In this document: positions 18,684 through 27,667 of the stretch, piece by piece
Numbering within the stretch: the stretch's first letter is position 1
How the letters are laid out: every line of letters begins with the position of its first letter
Origin: Promethearchaeota archaeon
GTDB lineage: Archaea; Asgardarchaeota; Lokiarchaeia; Sigyniarchaeales; SOKP01
DNA: 32,435 bases
Reading direction: 5' to 3'
Assembly (NCBI GenBank): GCA_030615145.1
Contig: JAUWZT010000003.1
Span: 1-32,435, forward strand
The notes under the pieces: model-generated
Told to the model about the DNA's origin: nothing
Seen by the model: only the letters and a program-made list of their open reading frames with translations
Databases searched by the model: none
Translations under genes and position numbers: made by a program

Positions 18684-20126
18684 ATGGCTGAAAATGAAGA
18701 AACAACTTCAAGACATTCTTTTTTGACTTTTCTCTCTTTTGGTACCTACAATTTCACCTGGACAATTCCAACAGCAACAATGAGTCTTTTTATGTTTTAT
18801 TTTTATCATACAGTTGTCGGTCTTGACCCTCTTTGGATATTGACTGTCGTTGCTATAAACACAGTATGGGCTGGTCTTAACGACCCTTTAATAGGGTGGC
18901 TAACCGATCGAAATTTTAAGTGGACAAGAAAATGGGGTCGACGCTTTCCGTGGATAGTAATTGGCTTTATTCCACAATCTTTATCTTTAATCATGATATT
19001 TTCTCCTCCAGATCTACCAAAGGATTCCTTTGGTGTACTAATAAATCCTTTGCCAGTGATGCTTTGGCTTTTGCTCTCCCTATTTGTGTTTGATTTATTT
19101 ATTACACTTGTAGATATCCATGTATCTATACTTCGTGCTGACAAATTCCGAACTGAAACAGAAAGAAGGAAATATGCAGGATCTTGGGGTATCTTTGACA
19201 TGTTCGCACAAATCCTTGGAATGATGCTTCCACCGCTTTTTCTGTTCTTTGGATCCACAATATTATCATATACCGTTATGGCAGCAATTATGGCTGTAAT
19301 AGCTATTATTTTTGGCATCACATTTATCCCTGGAGCCCGGGAGGACAAGATCATTATTGATCGATATTACTCAAGAGACTACGAACGATTGCATGTATTT
19401 AAAGGTCTATGGATAGTTCTTAAACAGAAAAGTTTTATTGCTCTCTATGCTCATTACGTTCTGTGGCTCGCGGCTACTGCATCGATAATGACTGGAATGG
19501 TAGCATATTTAGTAACATTTATTTTAAAATCTAATGATCCAGATACCATGATCCCACTTCTCGCAGCTCTTCTCTTGGGATCATTAATTTCTATTCCAGT
19601 TTGGCTCAAAATTCTAAAAAAAACGAATAACAATAAGAAAACCTATATTATCGGAAGCCTTATATTATGTGCTCTTACAGTGCCAATCGGCTTTTTCCAA
19701 ACAGAGATTGATTTAATGATTATGTTGTTTTTATTTGGTCTCGGAAATGGATGTGTGTGGACTATTGGAATGCCAGTATTGTTTTCGAACGCACAAGATG
19801 ACTTTGTTGTGCGTACTGGGAAGAACCAGAAAGGTATCCTTGTTGGTACTTGGGCAGTAATAGGACTCATTACAGCTTTTATTGACGAAGCATTAATAGC
19901 ATTGGTATTCACTTTTACTGGATTTGATGCAGGAATCCCGGATTATGCAGCTTTAGTTGCATCTGGTGCAAATGTAGAATTAGTTCAATTAGGAATCCGT
20001 CTCCTTCTAGGCATTATCCCTGCGTTGCTCATTTTAGTAGGCACATTGATCTTTTGGAAATTCTATCCCCTCACTCAAGAAAAAGTTCTAGAAAACAAAG
20101 CTAAGCTACTTGAACTTGGCTTTTAA
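18684..20126 (+). CDS. GPH (MelB-like, MFS_2) glycoside/sugar:cation symporter
   Basis: NDPLIGWLTDR..WGRRFPW, ERR, GF.AG and FYPLT motifs; about 12 transmembrane segments. Confidence 0.9.
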   Translation: MAENEETTSRHSFLTFLSFGTYNFTWTIPTATMSLFMFYFYHTVVGLDPLWILTVVAINTVWAGLNDPLIGWLTDRNFKWTRKWGRRFPWIVIGFIPQSLSLIMIFSPPDLPKDSFGVLINPLPVMLWLLLSLFVFDLFITLVDIHVSILRADKFRTETERRKYAGSWGIFDMFAQILGMMLPPLFLFFGSTILSYTVMAAIMAVIAIIFGITFIPGAREDKIIIDRYYSRDYERLHVFKGLWIVLKQKSFIALYAHYVLWLAATASIMTGMVAYLVTFILKSNDPDTMIPLLAALLLGSLISIPVWLKILKKTNNNKKTYIIGSLILCALTVPIGFFQTEIDLMIMLFLFGLGNGCVWTIGMPVLFSNAQDDFVVRTGKNQKGILVGTWAVIGLITAFIDEALIALVFTFTGFDAGIPDYAALVASGANVELVQLGIRLLLGIIPALLILVGTLIFWKFYPLTQEKVLENKAKLLELGF

Positions 20127-20168
20127 ATTATTTTTTTTTAAAAAATCAAGCTATTTTAAAATCCTAAT

Positions 20169-21302
20169 TCAAAATTTTAAAGGATACTTTCCATACTTCT
20201 TTGTAGCAGAAATCATCGTAAGAACATTTTCAAGTTTACAAGAATTCGTTATGTCTGTGCAAGGGCTCAAAATATAACCCCCACCTTCGCCAGCGTCCCG
20301 AATGCACTTTTTCACAGCGTTTACGACGTCGTCTTTTGTGCCATAGGGTAAAAGTTGAGAAACATCAATATTTCCGACCAAACATAGCTTATCTCCATAT
20401 TTTTCCTTCAAGTACTTCAAATCCATACCTGCCATCGGCTCCAGAGATTGTACGCCGTCAAAACCTGCTTCGATTAGCCCATCAAAATATGGTTCAGTAA
20501 AACCATCCGAGTGAAAGATCGCATATTTCCCTGCTTTTTTTACCTCATGAACGATTTTCTTATATGCGGGTACAATCAGTTCACGATGGTATTTAGGATT
20601 TATCATAGTAGTATTCTTTAAAGCAGAGTCATCACATAGAAAGAAGATCTCAAAATCTGTTTCAGCTAACATCTTTGCTGCTTGCACCGCTTTTTTAGTT
20701 CTCAATTCAATATATCTTTTTATTTTGCTTTTGTTTTTTCTTATTAATTTTATTAGCAATCCTAAGCCAATTCCTTCCCAAATTGGTTCTAATATATAGT
20801 CTAAGTGAGCACAAGGAACAATTTCGTCCACTGGGAACTTTTTAAGCCTTTTATTGATTTTAGAAGCAAAATCGGGGCCTTCTTCCCATTCAACATCGTA
20901 GTAAGTATCGTAAAAGTAATCTGCCATTTCCTCAGAATTGATGTAATTTTTTAAATACCAAGAGAGGTCTGAGCCCGTCGGTGGCTTTTTCAAAAAAAGT
21001 CTGCCATCGATATCAATGTATTTGTTAGGGTCTTCCGGTTTAGGAATTGGATGTTCGTTCAAATAACTTTGAGGTAGATGAACTGGAAAACCCTGAAAAC
21101 CCCAAGAAGAATCAAACCCTAATTTTTTGTGAAAATTCAAATCTAAATAATAATAAAAGTATTTTCTAACCCTTTTGAAATCAGCACCCCAATATTTTAA
21201 TAGTTCTTTTCTAAAGCCAGGCATGATTTCTTGACAGAAAAGAGGTATCCGATCGACTTCTTCGTGGTTTAACGCTCTTAACATTCTTTCTCGTGCGTTC
21301 AT
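20169..21302 (-). CDS. URO-D/MtaA-CmuA family protein
   Basis: MNARERM..AL..EEVDRIP, CDD, FHSDG, LEPMAGMD, GNID and GGGYILSPC motifs. Confidence 0.88.
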   Translation of the reverse strand: MNARERMLRALNHEEVDRIPLFCQEIMPGFRKELLKYWGADFKRVRKYFYYYLDLNFHKKLGFDSSWGFQGFPVHLPQSYLNEHPIPKPEDPNKYIDIDGRLFLKKPPTGSDLSWYLKNYINSEEMADYFYDTYYDVEWEEGPDFASKINKRLKKFPVDEIVPCAHLDYILEPIWEGIGLGLLIKLIRKNKSKIKRYIELRTKKAVQAAKMLAETDFEIFFLCDDSALKNTTMINPKYHRELIVPAYKKIVHEVKKAGKYAIFHSDGFTEPYFDGLIEAGFDGVQSLEPMAGMDLKYLKEKYGDKLCLVGNIDVSQLLPYGTKDDVVNAVKKCIRDAGEGGGYILSPCTDITNSCKLENVLTMISATKKYGKYPLKF

Positions 21303-21405
21303 GATTTCTAGGATGTTTTAATTTTAAATTTTGTGTAAGATAAGATAAAAAGAAAAGAAATAATCCGAAATTAAATTTATCTATTTTCTAATTCTAATAA
21401 CTTAC

Positions 21406-22176
21406 ATGGCAATATTAATTGAAAAAAAATATCCTGTATTTACCATTGTTATTAATAATCCCGAAGTTAAGAACGCAATAGATGGACCTACAGCTCAAGA
21501 ATTGAGCGTTGCATTTAGAGAATTCGAAAACGATAAAGAAGCTTTAGTTGCTGTATTATGGGGCTCTAATGGAACGTTTTGTTCGGGTGCAAATCTGAAA
21601 GCTATTGCTGAAGGGCGAGGAAATAAAATAGAAAAAGATGGAGATGGTCCGATGGGTCCAACGCGGATGTTTTTATCAAAGCCAGTTATTGCAGCTATAG
21701 CGGGATATGCTGTTGCTGGAGGATTAGAGCTTGCTCTATGGTGTGATATGCGTGTTGTTGAGAATGATGCAGTTTTTGGAGTATTTTGTCGTAGATTTGG
21801 AGTACCTCTTATAGATGGCGGTACTGTAAGATTACCAAGACTTATTGGATTAAGTCGAGCTATGGATATGATTCTTACTGGACGTCCTGTGAATGCTGAA
21901 GAAGCACTCGCGTGGGGGCTTGCTAATCGAGTAGTTGCTATAGGTCGATCGAAAATAGAAGCAGAAAAATTAGCAAGAGAAATTGCGGCTTTTCCAAAAA
22001 CTTGCATGAGAAACGATCGCTTCTCCGCTTATGAACAATTTGGATTAGATATTAAAGATGCGATGGTAAATGAATTTGAATATGGTTTAAAAACTTTAGA
22101 AAGCGGAGAATACATAGAGGGAAGTCAAGCTTTTACTAAAGGCAAAGGTAAACACGGTAATTTTAAGAAGATATAA
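21406..22176 (+). CDS. Enoyl-CoA hydratase/isomerase (crotonase) family protein
   Basis: FCSGANL, KPVIAAIAGYAVAGGLELALWCD and FCRRFGVPLIDGGTVRLPRLIG motifs. Confidence 0.93.
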   Translation: MAILIEKKYPVFTIVINNPEVKNAIDGPTAQELSVAFREFENDKEALVAVLWGSNGTFCSGANLKAIAEGRGNKIEKDGDGPMGPTRMFLSKPVIAAIAGYAVAGGLELALWCDMRVVENDAVFGVFCRRFGVPLIDGGTVRLPRLIGLSRAMDMILTGRPVNAEEALAWGLANRVVAIGRSKIEAEKLAREIAAFPKTCMRNDRFSAYEQFGLDIKDAMVNEFEYGLKTLESGEYIEGSQAFTKGKGKHGNFKKI

Positions 22177-22200
22177 AATAATATGTAATATGGTGATTAG

Positions 22201-22623
22201 ATGATTGTGTTTGAAGAATTTAGAGTAAAAACCCCAGAAAGAGAAGTTTTACTAGAAATTACAAATGAAATTAGAAGGATTGTAAGGAATTCAGGCATAA
22301 ATAAAGGCGTATGTCGTATATTTGTACCTCATACTACTGCGGGAATAACTATTAATGAAAACGCTGATCCCTCCGTTATGAAAGATATTTCTAATTATTT
22401 GAGCAAGTTGATACCAAAAGGTGGAAGTTTAGGATATTCGTTTAGACATATGGAGGGTAATTCAGACGCGCATATTAAATGCTCTTTAACAGGGCACTCA
22501 TTAGAACTATTAATTCATGAGGGTAGATTAATGCTTGGAACATGGCAAGGTGTAATGTTTGCAGAATATGACGGTCCGCGAAACAGGAAAGTCTTTGTCC
22601 AAATTCAAGGAGAAATTAATTAA
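22201..22623 (+). CDS. yjbQ: YjbQ/UPF0047 (secondary thiamine-phosphate synthase) protein
   Basis: HTTAGITINENADP, H.EGNSDAHIK, LGTWQ and EYDGPR motifs; SD GGTGA at 22192-22196. Confidence 0.95.
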   Translation: MIVFEEFRVKTPEREVLLEITNEIRRIVRNSGINKGVCRIFVPHTTAGITINENADPSVMKDISNYLSKLIPKGGSLGYSFRHMEGNSDAHIKCSLTGHSLELLIHEGRLMLGTWQGVMFAEYDGPRNRKVFVQIQGEIN

Positions 22624-22645
22624 AATAATATCAATAAATTATATG

Positions 22646-23884
22646 TCATTTCTTTACTAATTTCAACGTTATAAAGAATGTGATAACTACCAAACCATTA
22701 ATTAAGTAAAAGGGTAAAAATATATAGATTTCCCCTAAAGCACTAATAACAATTGGTCCAATTGCGCTACACAAAAATCCTATAGCGTTGTTAAATCCTA
22801 TGCCCGTACCTTTTAAATCCGGGTCAATTTTTTCGATAATGTTTAATAGTAATGTGTTTCCCGCTGGTTCGTACAACGCTAACCCTATCCCAACAAATAT
22901 CGTAATAATTAAAAATACAATCAGATTAAAAACAATACTAGTCAAGAACGGAAGAGCAAAAAAGATAACAACCACCTGCCCTACCAACATCATTTTTCTT
23001 GGGCTATGACGATCTGTTAATCTACCAGAGATAAACACAAATATAATGTAAGCCGCTACAATAAGAATTAATGCATAACTCGTTTGAATTTCGTCTAAAA
23101 TAAATTGGACTTGTAAGACCCAAATTAAATATGCTATAATCCCTCCAAATATAAACCACCTTACGCTATTTAAAAAAATTGTAATTATAAACTGTCGTTC
23201 TTGTATTAAGATTTTTATATTTTCTAAATTTAGCGACATTTTATTCTCATTTTTGGGACTTTCTAAATCGGATTTCACCTTTTTATTTCCCTTTTCTTTC
23301 AAGAAAATAATCATAACTACCCCCGATATTATTGTTAAAATCCCTGAAATAGAAAATATATTCCTAAACCCTAAATATGAAGAGATATAGCCCCCAATAA
23401 CGATACCTCCAAAGTAACCTAAGGACATCGATAACGCGAATAACCCCATTCCTTTTCCGTGCTCTTCTTTCTCGTAAATATCACCAATAATTGCTTGTAA
23501 AATTGATGTATAAGCTCCTGCCCCTTGAATTGCTCTAAAGATTATAAGTTGAACAATGTCCTGAGCGATAAAACATAAAAATGTTCCAATAATGTATATA
23601 ATCAATCCGATAAGTACAACTAATCTTCTACCATACTTATCAGAGGCAGCAGCGAATGGAAATTGAAACACTGATTGCGTTACAGAAAAAATCCCTATTA
23701 CGATTCCATAAGCGGTAAGTGTTCCAGATAGGCTTATAATAAAAGAAGGTAGCCCAATATTAACCACACTTATTCCTAAATTTCTAAAAAATACTCCCAT
23801 TAAGATAACAAAAAGCAAAATTTTTACATGCTTTCCAAAATTGCTCTTTGAACGCTTTAAATTATCCTCAGTTTTAATTCCCAT
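22646..23884 (-). CDS. MFS transporter (DHA1-like)
   Basis: SDKYGRR, RAIQGAGA and GRLTDRHSPR motifs; about 12 transmembrane segments. Confidence 0.9.
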   Translation of the reverse strand: MGIKTEDNLKRSKSNFGKHVKILLFVILMGVFFRNLGISVVNIGLPSFIISLSGTLTAYGIVIGIFSVTQSVFQFPFAAASDKYGRRLVVLIGLIIYIIGTFLCFIAQDIVQLIIFRAIQGAGAYTSILQAIIGDIYEKEEHGKGMGLFALSMSLGYFGGIVIGGYISSYLGFRNIFSISGILTIISGVVMIIFLKEKGNKKVKSDLESPKNENKMSLNLENIKILIQERQFIITIFLNSVRWFIFGGIIAYLIWVLQVQFILDEIQTSYALILIVAAYIIFVFISGRLTDRHSPRKMMLVGQVVVIFFALPFLTSIVFNLIVFLIITIFVGIGLALYEPAGNTLLLNIIEKIDPDLKGTGIGFNNAIGFLCSAIGPIVISALGEIYIFLPFYLINGLVVITFFITLKLVKK

Positions 23885-23994
23885 TTATTTGAGAAATTAA
23901 GAAGTAAATTTAAAGTTATTTTTCGCAATATTTTAAACTTTTAATACTCATATTTACATAATCTTAGTTATTAATTTGGAAAAAAGGGATATTA

Positions 23995-25053
23995 TTGGAG
24001 TTTGGATTTAATTCTTTATCAAATTTAGCCCAGATTAGGAAAGATGTGAAGAGAAAAAGAATTTCTAGTTATGATAAAACAGGGGCAAATGCTGATTTCT
24101 TTACTTACAAGGGCAACGAAATAAGGGAAATTTGTAACATTGAAGGCGCTGGAATGATAAAACACATCTGGATGACGATTGCCTCGGGAGACCCTTATTA
24201 CTTGAGAAAAACAGTTATTAGAATGTGGTGGGATAACGAAGAGCACCCTTCAGTAGAGTGTCCAATAGGAGACTTTTTTGGTGTGGGGCACGCAAAAACC
24301 GCAAATTTTTGGAGTTTACCGCTTTCTATGGGGCCAGAGGACGGAAAAGGATTTAATTGTTTTTTCCCAATGCCATTTTCAAAACGAGCTCGAATAGAAA
24401 TTGAAAATGAAAGTGATACTCCCCTGACAACTTATTTTTATATTGATTATGAAGAATATAGCGCGTTAGACTCTACTTATGGTAGATTTCATGTTTTTTG
24501 GAATCGCGTAAATCCATGTGAAGGAAGCGATTATAATAAAAAGAAGATAGTGGAATTCAATTTTAAAAAGAATCCAACGCACGAGAAAGATTATTTTGTT
24601 ATGAACGCCGAAGGTGAAGGCCATTTCGTTGGATTTCATTTAGATATTCATAATTTGTATGAAACTGAGAAACATAACTGGCCCGGTGAAGGAGACGATT
24701 ACATAGAGATCGATGACGCCGAAATTATACTTTACGGAACAGGGACCGAAGATTATTTTTGTACTTCGTGGTGCCCAACCCAATATTATTGTTCGCCTTA
24801 TTTTGGAATTCCATTGCCAGGAGGTAAAAATTGGAGCGGTAAAATATCCTATTATAGGTATCACATTGAAGATCCAATATATTTTCATAAAAATATTAAA
24901 GTAAAAATAGAGCACGGTCACGCGAATCAAAGATCAGACGATTGGTCTTCAACAGCTTACTGGTATCAAACAGAACCGCATCAGAAATTCAAATCTTTTC
25001 CGGTAGTTGACGATAGATTACCTAGAGAAGAACCTAAAGAGATCGAAACTTAA
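23995..25053 (+). CDS. DUF2961 / glycoside hydrolase family 172 protein
   Basis: SSYDKTGANAD, GMIKHIWMT, PSVECPIGDFFG, FPMPF, GEGDD, GTGTEDYF, IEHGH and YWYQ motifs; TTG start. Confidence 0.92.
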   Translation: MEFGFNSLSNLAQIRKDVKRKRISSYDKTGANADFFTYKGNEIREICNIEGAGMIKHIWMTIASGDPYYLRKTVIRMWWDNEEHPSVECPIGDFFGVGHAKTANFWSLPLSMGPEDGKGFNCFFPMPFSKRARIEIENESDTPLTTYFYIDYEEYSALDSTYGRFHVFWNRVNPCEGSDYNKKKIVEFNFKKNPTHEKDYFVMNAEGEGHFVGFHLDIHNLYETEKHNWPGEGDDYIEIDDAEIILYGTGTEDYFCTSWCPTQYYCSPYFGIPLPGGKNWSGKISYYRYHIEDPIYFHKNIKVKIEHGHANQRSDDWSSTAYWYQTEPHQKFKSFPVVDDRLPREEPKEIET

Positions 25054-25085
25054 AAATAAAAAATTTTTTATAAATTCTTTAATAT

Positions 25086-26582
25086 TTATTTGTCATCTTC
25101 AACAACTTTTAAACCTAAAATTTTTGCTCCGTTTATGAAATCTTCCTTCCAATCGCCTATGAAAGTTACCCTATGCCATCCAAATGCGTTCCAATCATAG
25201 TTTTCCATAATTTTTTCAACATCGCTTTCTACTAACATTTTAGAAACGCAACCTTTTTCATCCACTATGTTATCTATTATTTTTCCCGTACGGATTGAGA
25301 TTTTTTTTTCAAAAACGCTGATTTTAATAGTCGTTACTGGTTTCCCTATTGGAAATTTAACGCGAGGCGAGGCGCCTAAAAAATGAGTTTCACCATGGTA
25401 AACGATATCATAAGGCGCTTGTGGACCCTCTGGTCCTTGCAAATTGCATGGCGCTAAACAATGCATATACGTGATTTGATTTTTTTTTATATCAAAAGTG
25501 TGGTTGGACACATATCCTGGTCTACCAGTTAAGTACAGTCCAAAAAGAAAGCTTATGGTCGAATCCATATCAGACTCACATATGCCGTATTTTCCTTCTT
25601 TACTTAATTCGAAAAAAGCCATGCAAGGATAAGCGGGAATCGCGCCGCACAATAAGAATGTGCCACAATCGGGAGTAAAAATGTCAATGTCTTTATCTTT
25701 CAAGATATTTTTAAAAGCTAGATATAGTTTTGCGGAATTTAAAATGGTTTTATCCGTGGGTTCTACTAAAGAAGCATTTTTAATCCATTTTTGAGCGATC
25801 TCTTTTGCTTGGTCTGTGTTAACCTCATTATAATATTTGAGAATCTCCTCTGGATCTCCTCTAATCATTTCTATGTCGAAAACATTTTTTAAAATTTCTT
25901 TATAGAGCGCTTCATCCTTTCTCCACTGGTGTGCTTGATCTAAACCAACTGTATCGGTATAAAATTCAAATTCCTCATCGCTACTCATTTTACTTATTTG
26001 ATCCAAAAACTCTGGATGATTTTTAGCTAATCGCATTCGTTCGGGATTAAATAACCCTAATATGACATCCCAGTTCATTTTAATGATGTCCTTGGCGTAA
26101 ACCAAGACCTTTTTTCCCCTTAAACGCATAAGATTAAACATGTTCTCAAATGTCTTGTCAAAATCTTCTAAATTTTTTGAAGACAAAATAGATAGTTGAT
26201 AATTCTTGTCTTTAACACTTGAGAATATTTTTGTGAATGTATGGTCTCCAGCATAAATAAAATTAGCCAATATTACCGGCTTTTTGCTCTCAACAAATTC
26301 AATGCCAGCTTGAACAATCCCTGGATCTCCATAATGCCCTATCGTAAAAACTATAACCCCATCAGCCTCTTCGATATCCTTTTTAATCTGGTTAACTAAT
26401 TCATTATCGTATGTTGTAATAATCTCACTATAGTTAAACTCAATTTTATTAAATTTCTCGTTTAGATGTTTTCTAATGGAATCTATCGTTTTGTTATTGT
26501 CATATCCCAAATAAGGCCATCCAGCTTCCCATTGTGGTTTTCCTATAAACACAACTTCTATTTTTACATCTTTATTATTCAT
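25086..26582 (-). CDS. L-fucose/L-arabinose isomerase-like protein
   Basis: YPCMAF, ICESD, HC..P, GC.SK and GWHRV motifs of the FucI/AraA-like family. An alternative GTG start lies at 26594. Confidence 0.7.
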   Translation of the reverse strand: MNNKDVKIEVVFIGKPQWEAGWPYLGYDNNKTIDSIRKHLNEKFNKIEFNYSEIITTYDNELVNQIKKDIEEADGVIVFTIGHYGDPGIVQAGIEFVESKKPVILANFIYAGDHTFTKIFSSVKDKNYQLSILSSKNLEDFDKTFENMFNLMRLRGKKVLVYAKDIIKMNWDVILGLFNPERMRLAKNHPEFLDQISKMSSDEEFEFYTDTVGLDQAHQWRKDEALYKEILKNVFDIEMIRGDPEEILKYYNEVNTDQAKEIAQKWIKNASLVEPTDKTILNSAKLYLAFKNILKDKDIDIFTPDCGTFLLCGAIPAYPCMAFFELSKEGKYGICESDMDSTISFLFGLYLTGRPGYVSNHTFDIKKNQITYMHCLAPCNLQGPEGPQAPYDIVYHGETHFLGASPRVKFPIGKPVTTIKISVFEKKISIRTGKIIDNIVDEKGCVSKMLVESDVEKIMENYDWNAFGWHRVTFIGDWKEDFINGAKILGLKVVEDDK

Positions 26583-26673
26583 TTTAAAATTCACTACGAA
26601 TCAAAAAATTATATTACTTATCTATTAGGTTTTGAACTTTAAAAACATTAAAAATTTTAAAAATAAAATTTTT

Positions 26674-26690
26674 CCGAAAAAACTTAAATA
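26674..26690 (+). promoter_or_regulatory. Putative archaeal BRE + TATA box for the vapBC operon (leaderless)
   Basis: CCGAAAAAAC-TTAAATA ending about 22 nt before ATG 26713. Confidence 0.5.
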
Positions 26691-26712
26691 TTCTGACAAC
26701 CATTTTATTTAT

Positions 26713-26973
26713 ATGATAATTGATGAGAAAGTAAAAGTCGGTAAAAAAGGGGAGATCCTTCCAAAAAAACCCTTGAGAGAAATTTCCGGTATCCGACCAG
26801 GAGATAATGTATTAATTGAGGCTCAACCTGGTCGACTGATAATAAATAAAATTTTTACTGTCAAAGAACTTCTAGAAATGCCAATCATTTCGCAAGGAAC
26901 AGCTGAAAGCGTAGAAAAGGATATTGAAGAAGAAATGAAAATACAAGAGAAATTGACAAATGAAGAACATTAA
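26713..26973 (+). CDS. vapB: AbrB/MazE/SpoVT-family antitoxin
   Basis: VKVGKKGEILPKKPLREISGIRPGD is the AbrB signature; acidic tail; overlaps the PIN gene. Start corrected to 26713. Confidence 0.88.
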   Translation: MIIDEKVKVGKKGEILPKKPLREISGIRPGDNVLIEAQPGRLIINKIFTVKELLEMPIISQGTAESVEKDIEEEMKIQEKLTNEEH

Positions 26974-27460
26974 ACCTTTAATAATGGATACAACCTATAT
27001 TTTACCATTATTCGGTATTAAAATAATAGAACTAACCAATTTTAAAAAATTCTCTAAAAAACTCTGGTCAAATGGATTAAAAGGATTAAATCTATACTTA
27101 CCCTCAACTTGCTTAATGGAGGTTTTGTTTAAATTAACCGGGGAATATCGAAAGAGTAATAATGTTGATGTACTTAAACGTTACGCCATAGCAATACCTT
27201 CAATACTTTCCTTCAGCTCGATACAAATCTTCAACCCACTACTAAATCCTGAAGCAATAAGGATTGCGATTAACATAAAATATGCCGGCCATACTGATCT
27301 TATGGATTGTTTAATTGCTGCCAGTGCTGCGGCATTAAAAGGGATATTCTTGACAGAGGATATTGAATTGAGTAAAATTTTAAAAATTATTCCGGAAACC
27401 AAAAATGTTTCTATTTGGTCTTGGAGTGATCTTATTAAGAACGAATTTGCTCAAGATTGA
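26960..27460 (+). CDS. vapC: PIN-domain VapC-like toxin
   Basis: MDTTYILP, LMEV, DLMDCLIAAS and LTED supply the acidic PIN residues. Confidence 0.88.
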   Translation: MKNIKPLIMDTTYILPLFGIKIIELTNFKKFSKKLWSNGLKGLNLYLPSTCLMEVLFKLTGEYRKSNNVDVLKRYAIAIPSILSFSSIQIFNPLLNPEAIRIAINIKYAGHTDLMDCLIAASAAALKGIFLTEDIELSKILKIIPETKNVSIWSWSDLIKNEFAQD

Positions 27461-27474
27461 TATAAGTAAGTTTT

Positions 27475-27651
27475 TTAATTAATGAAATATATTGGACTCG
27501 ACCATGATTGATGTCCATTATCTAAAGTTATTTTAACATATAGATGGTCGTCTTTTTCCCTATTATTTGCCAATAAAATCGATCTTTCAAGCTGGATCGA
27601 GAAATATGGATTTACATCTGGAACTTTAAAAATAAAATTTTTGTAAAAACC
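27475..27651 (-). pseudogene. 3' remnant of a DUF3604-like gene
   Basis: Open frame with no ATG: ...FKVPDVNPYFSIQLERSILLANNREKDDHLYVKITLDNGHQSWSSPIYFIN*. The Y-V-K/R-x-T-x-x-D/N-G-H-Q-x-W-S-S-P-I pattern is the typical DUF3604 C-terminus. Confidence 0.7.
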
Positions 27652-27667
27652 TTATTGAATCAATTAA

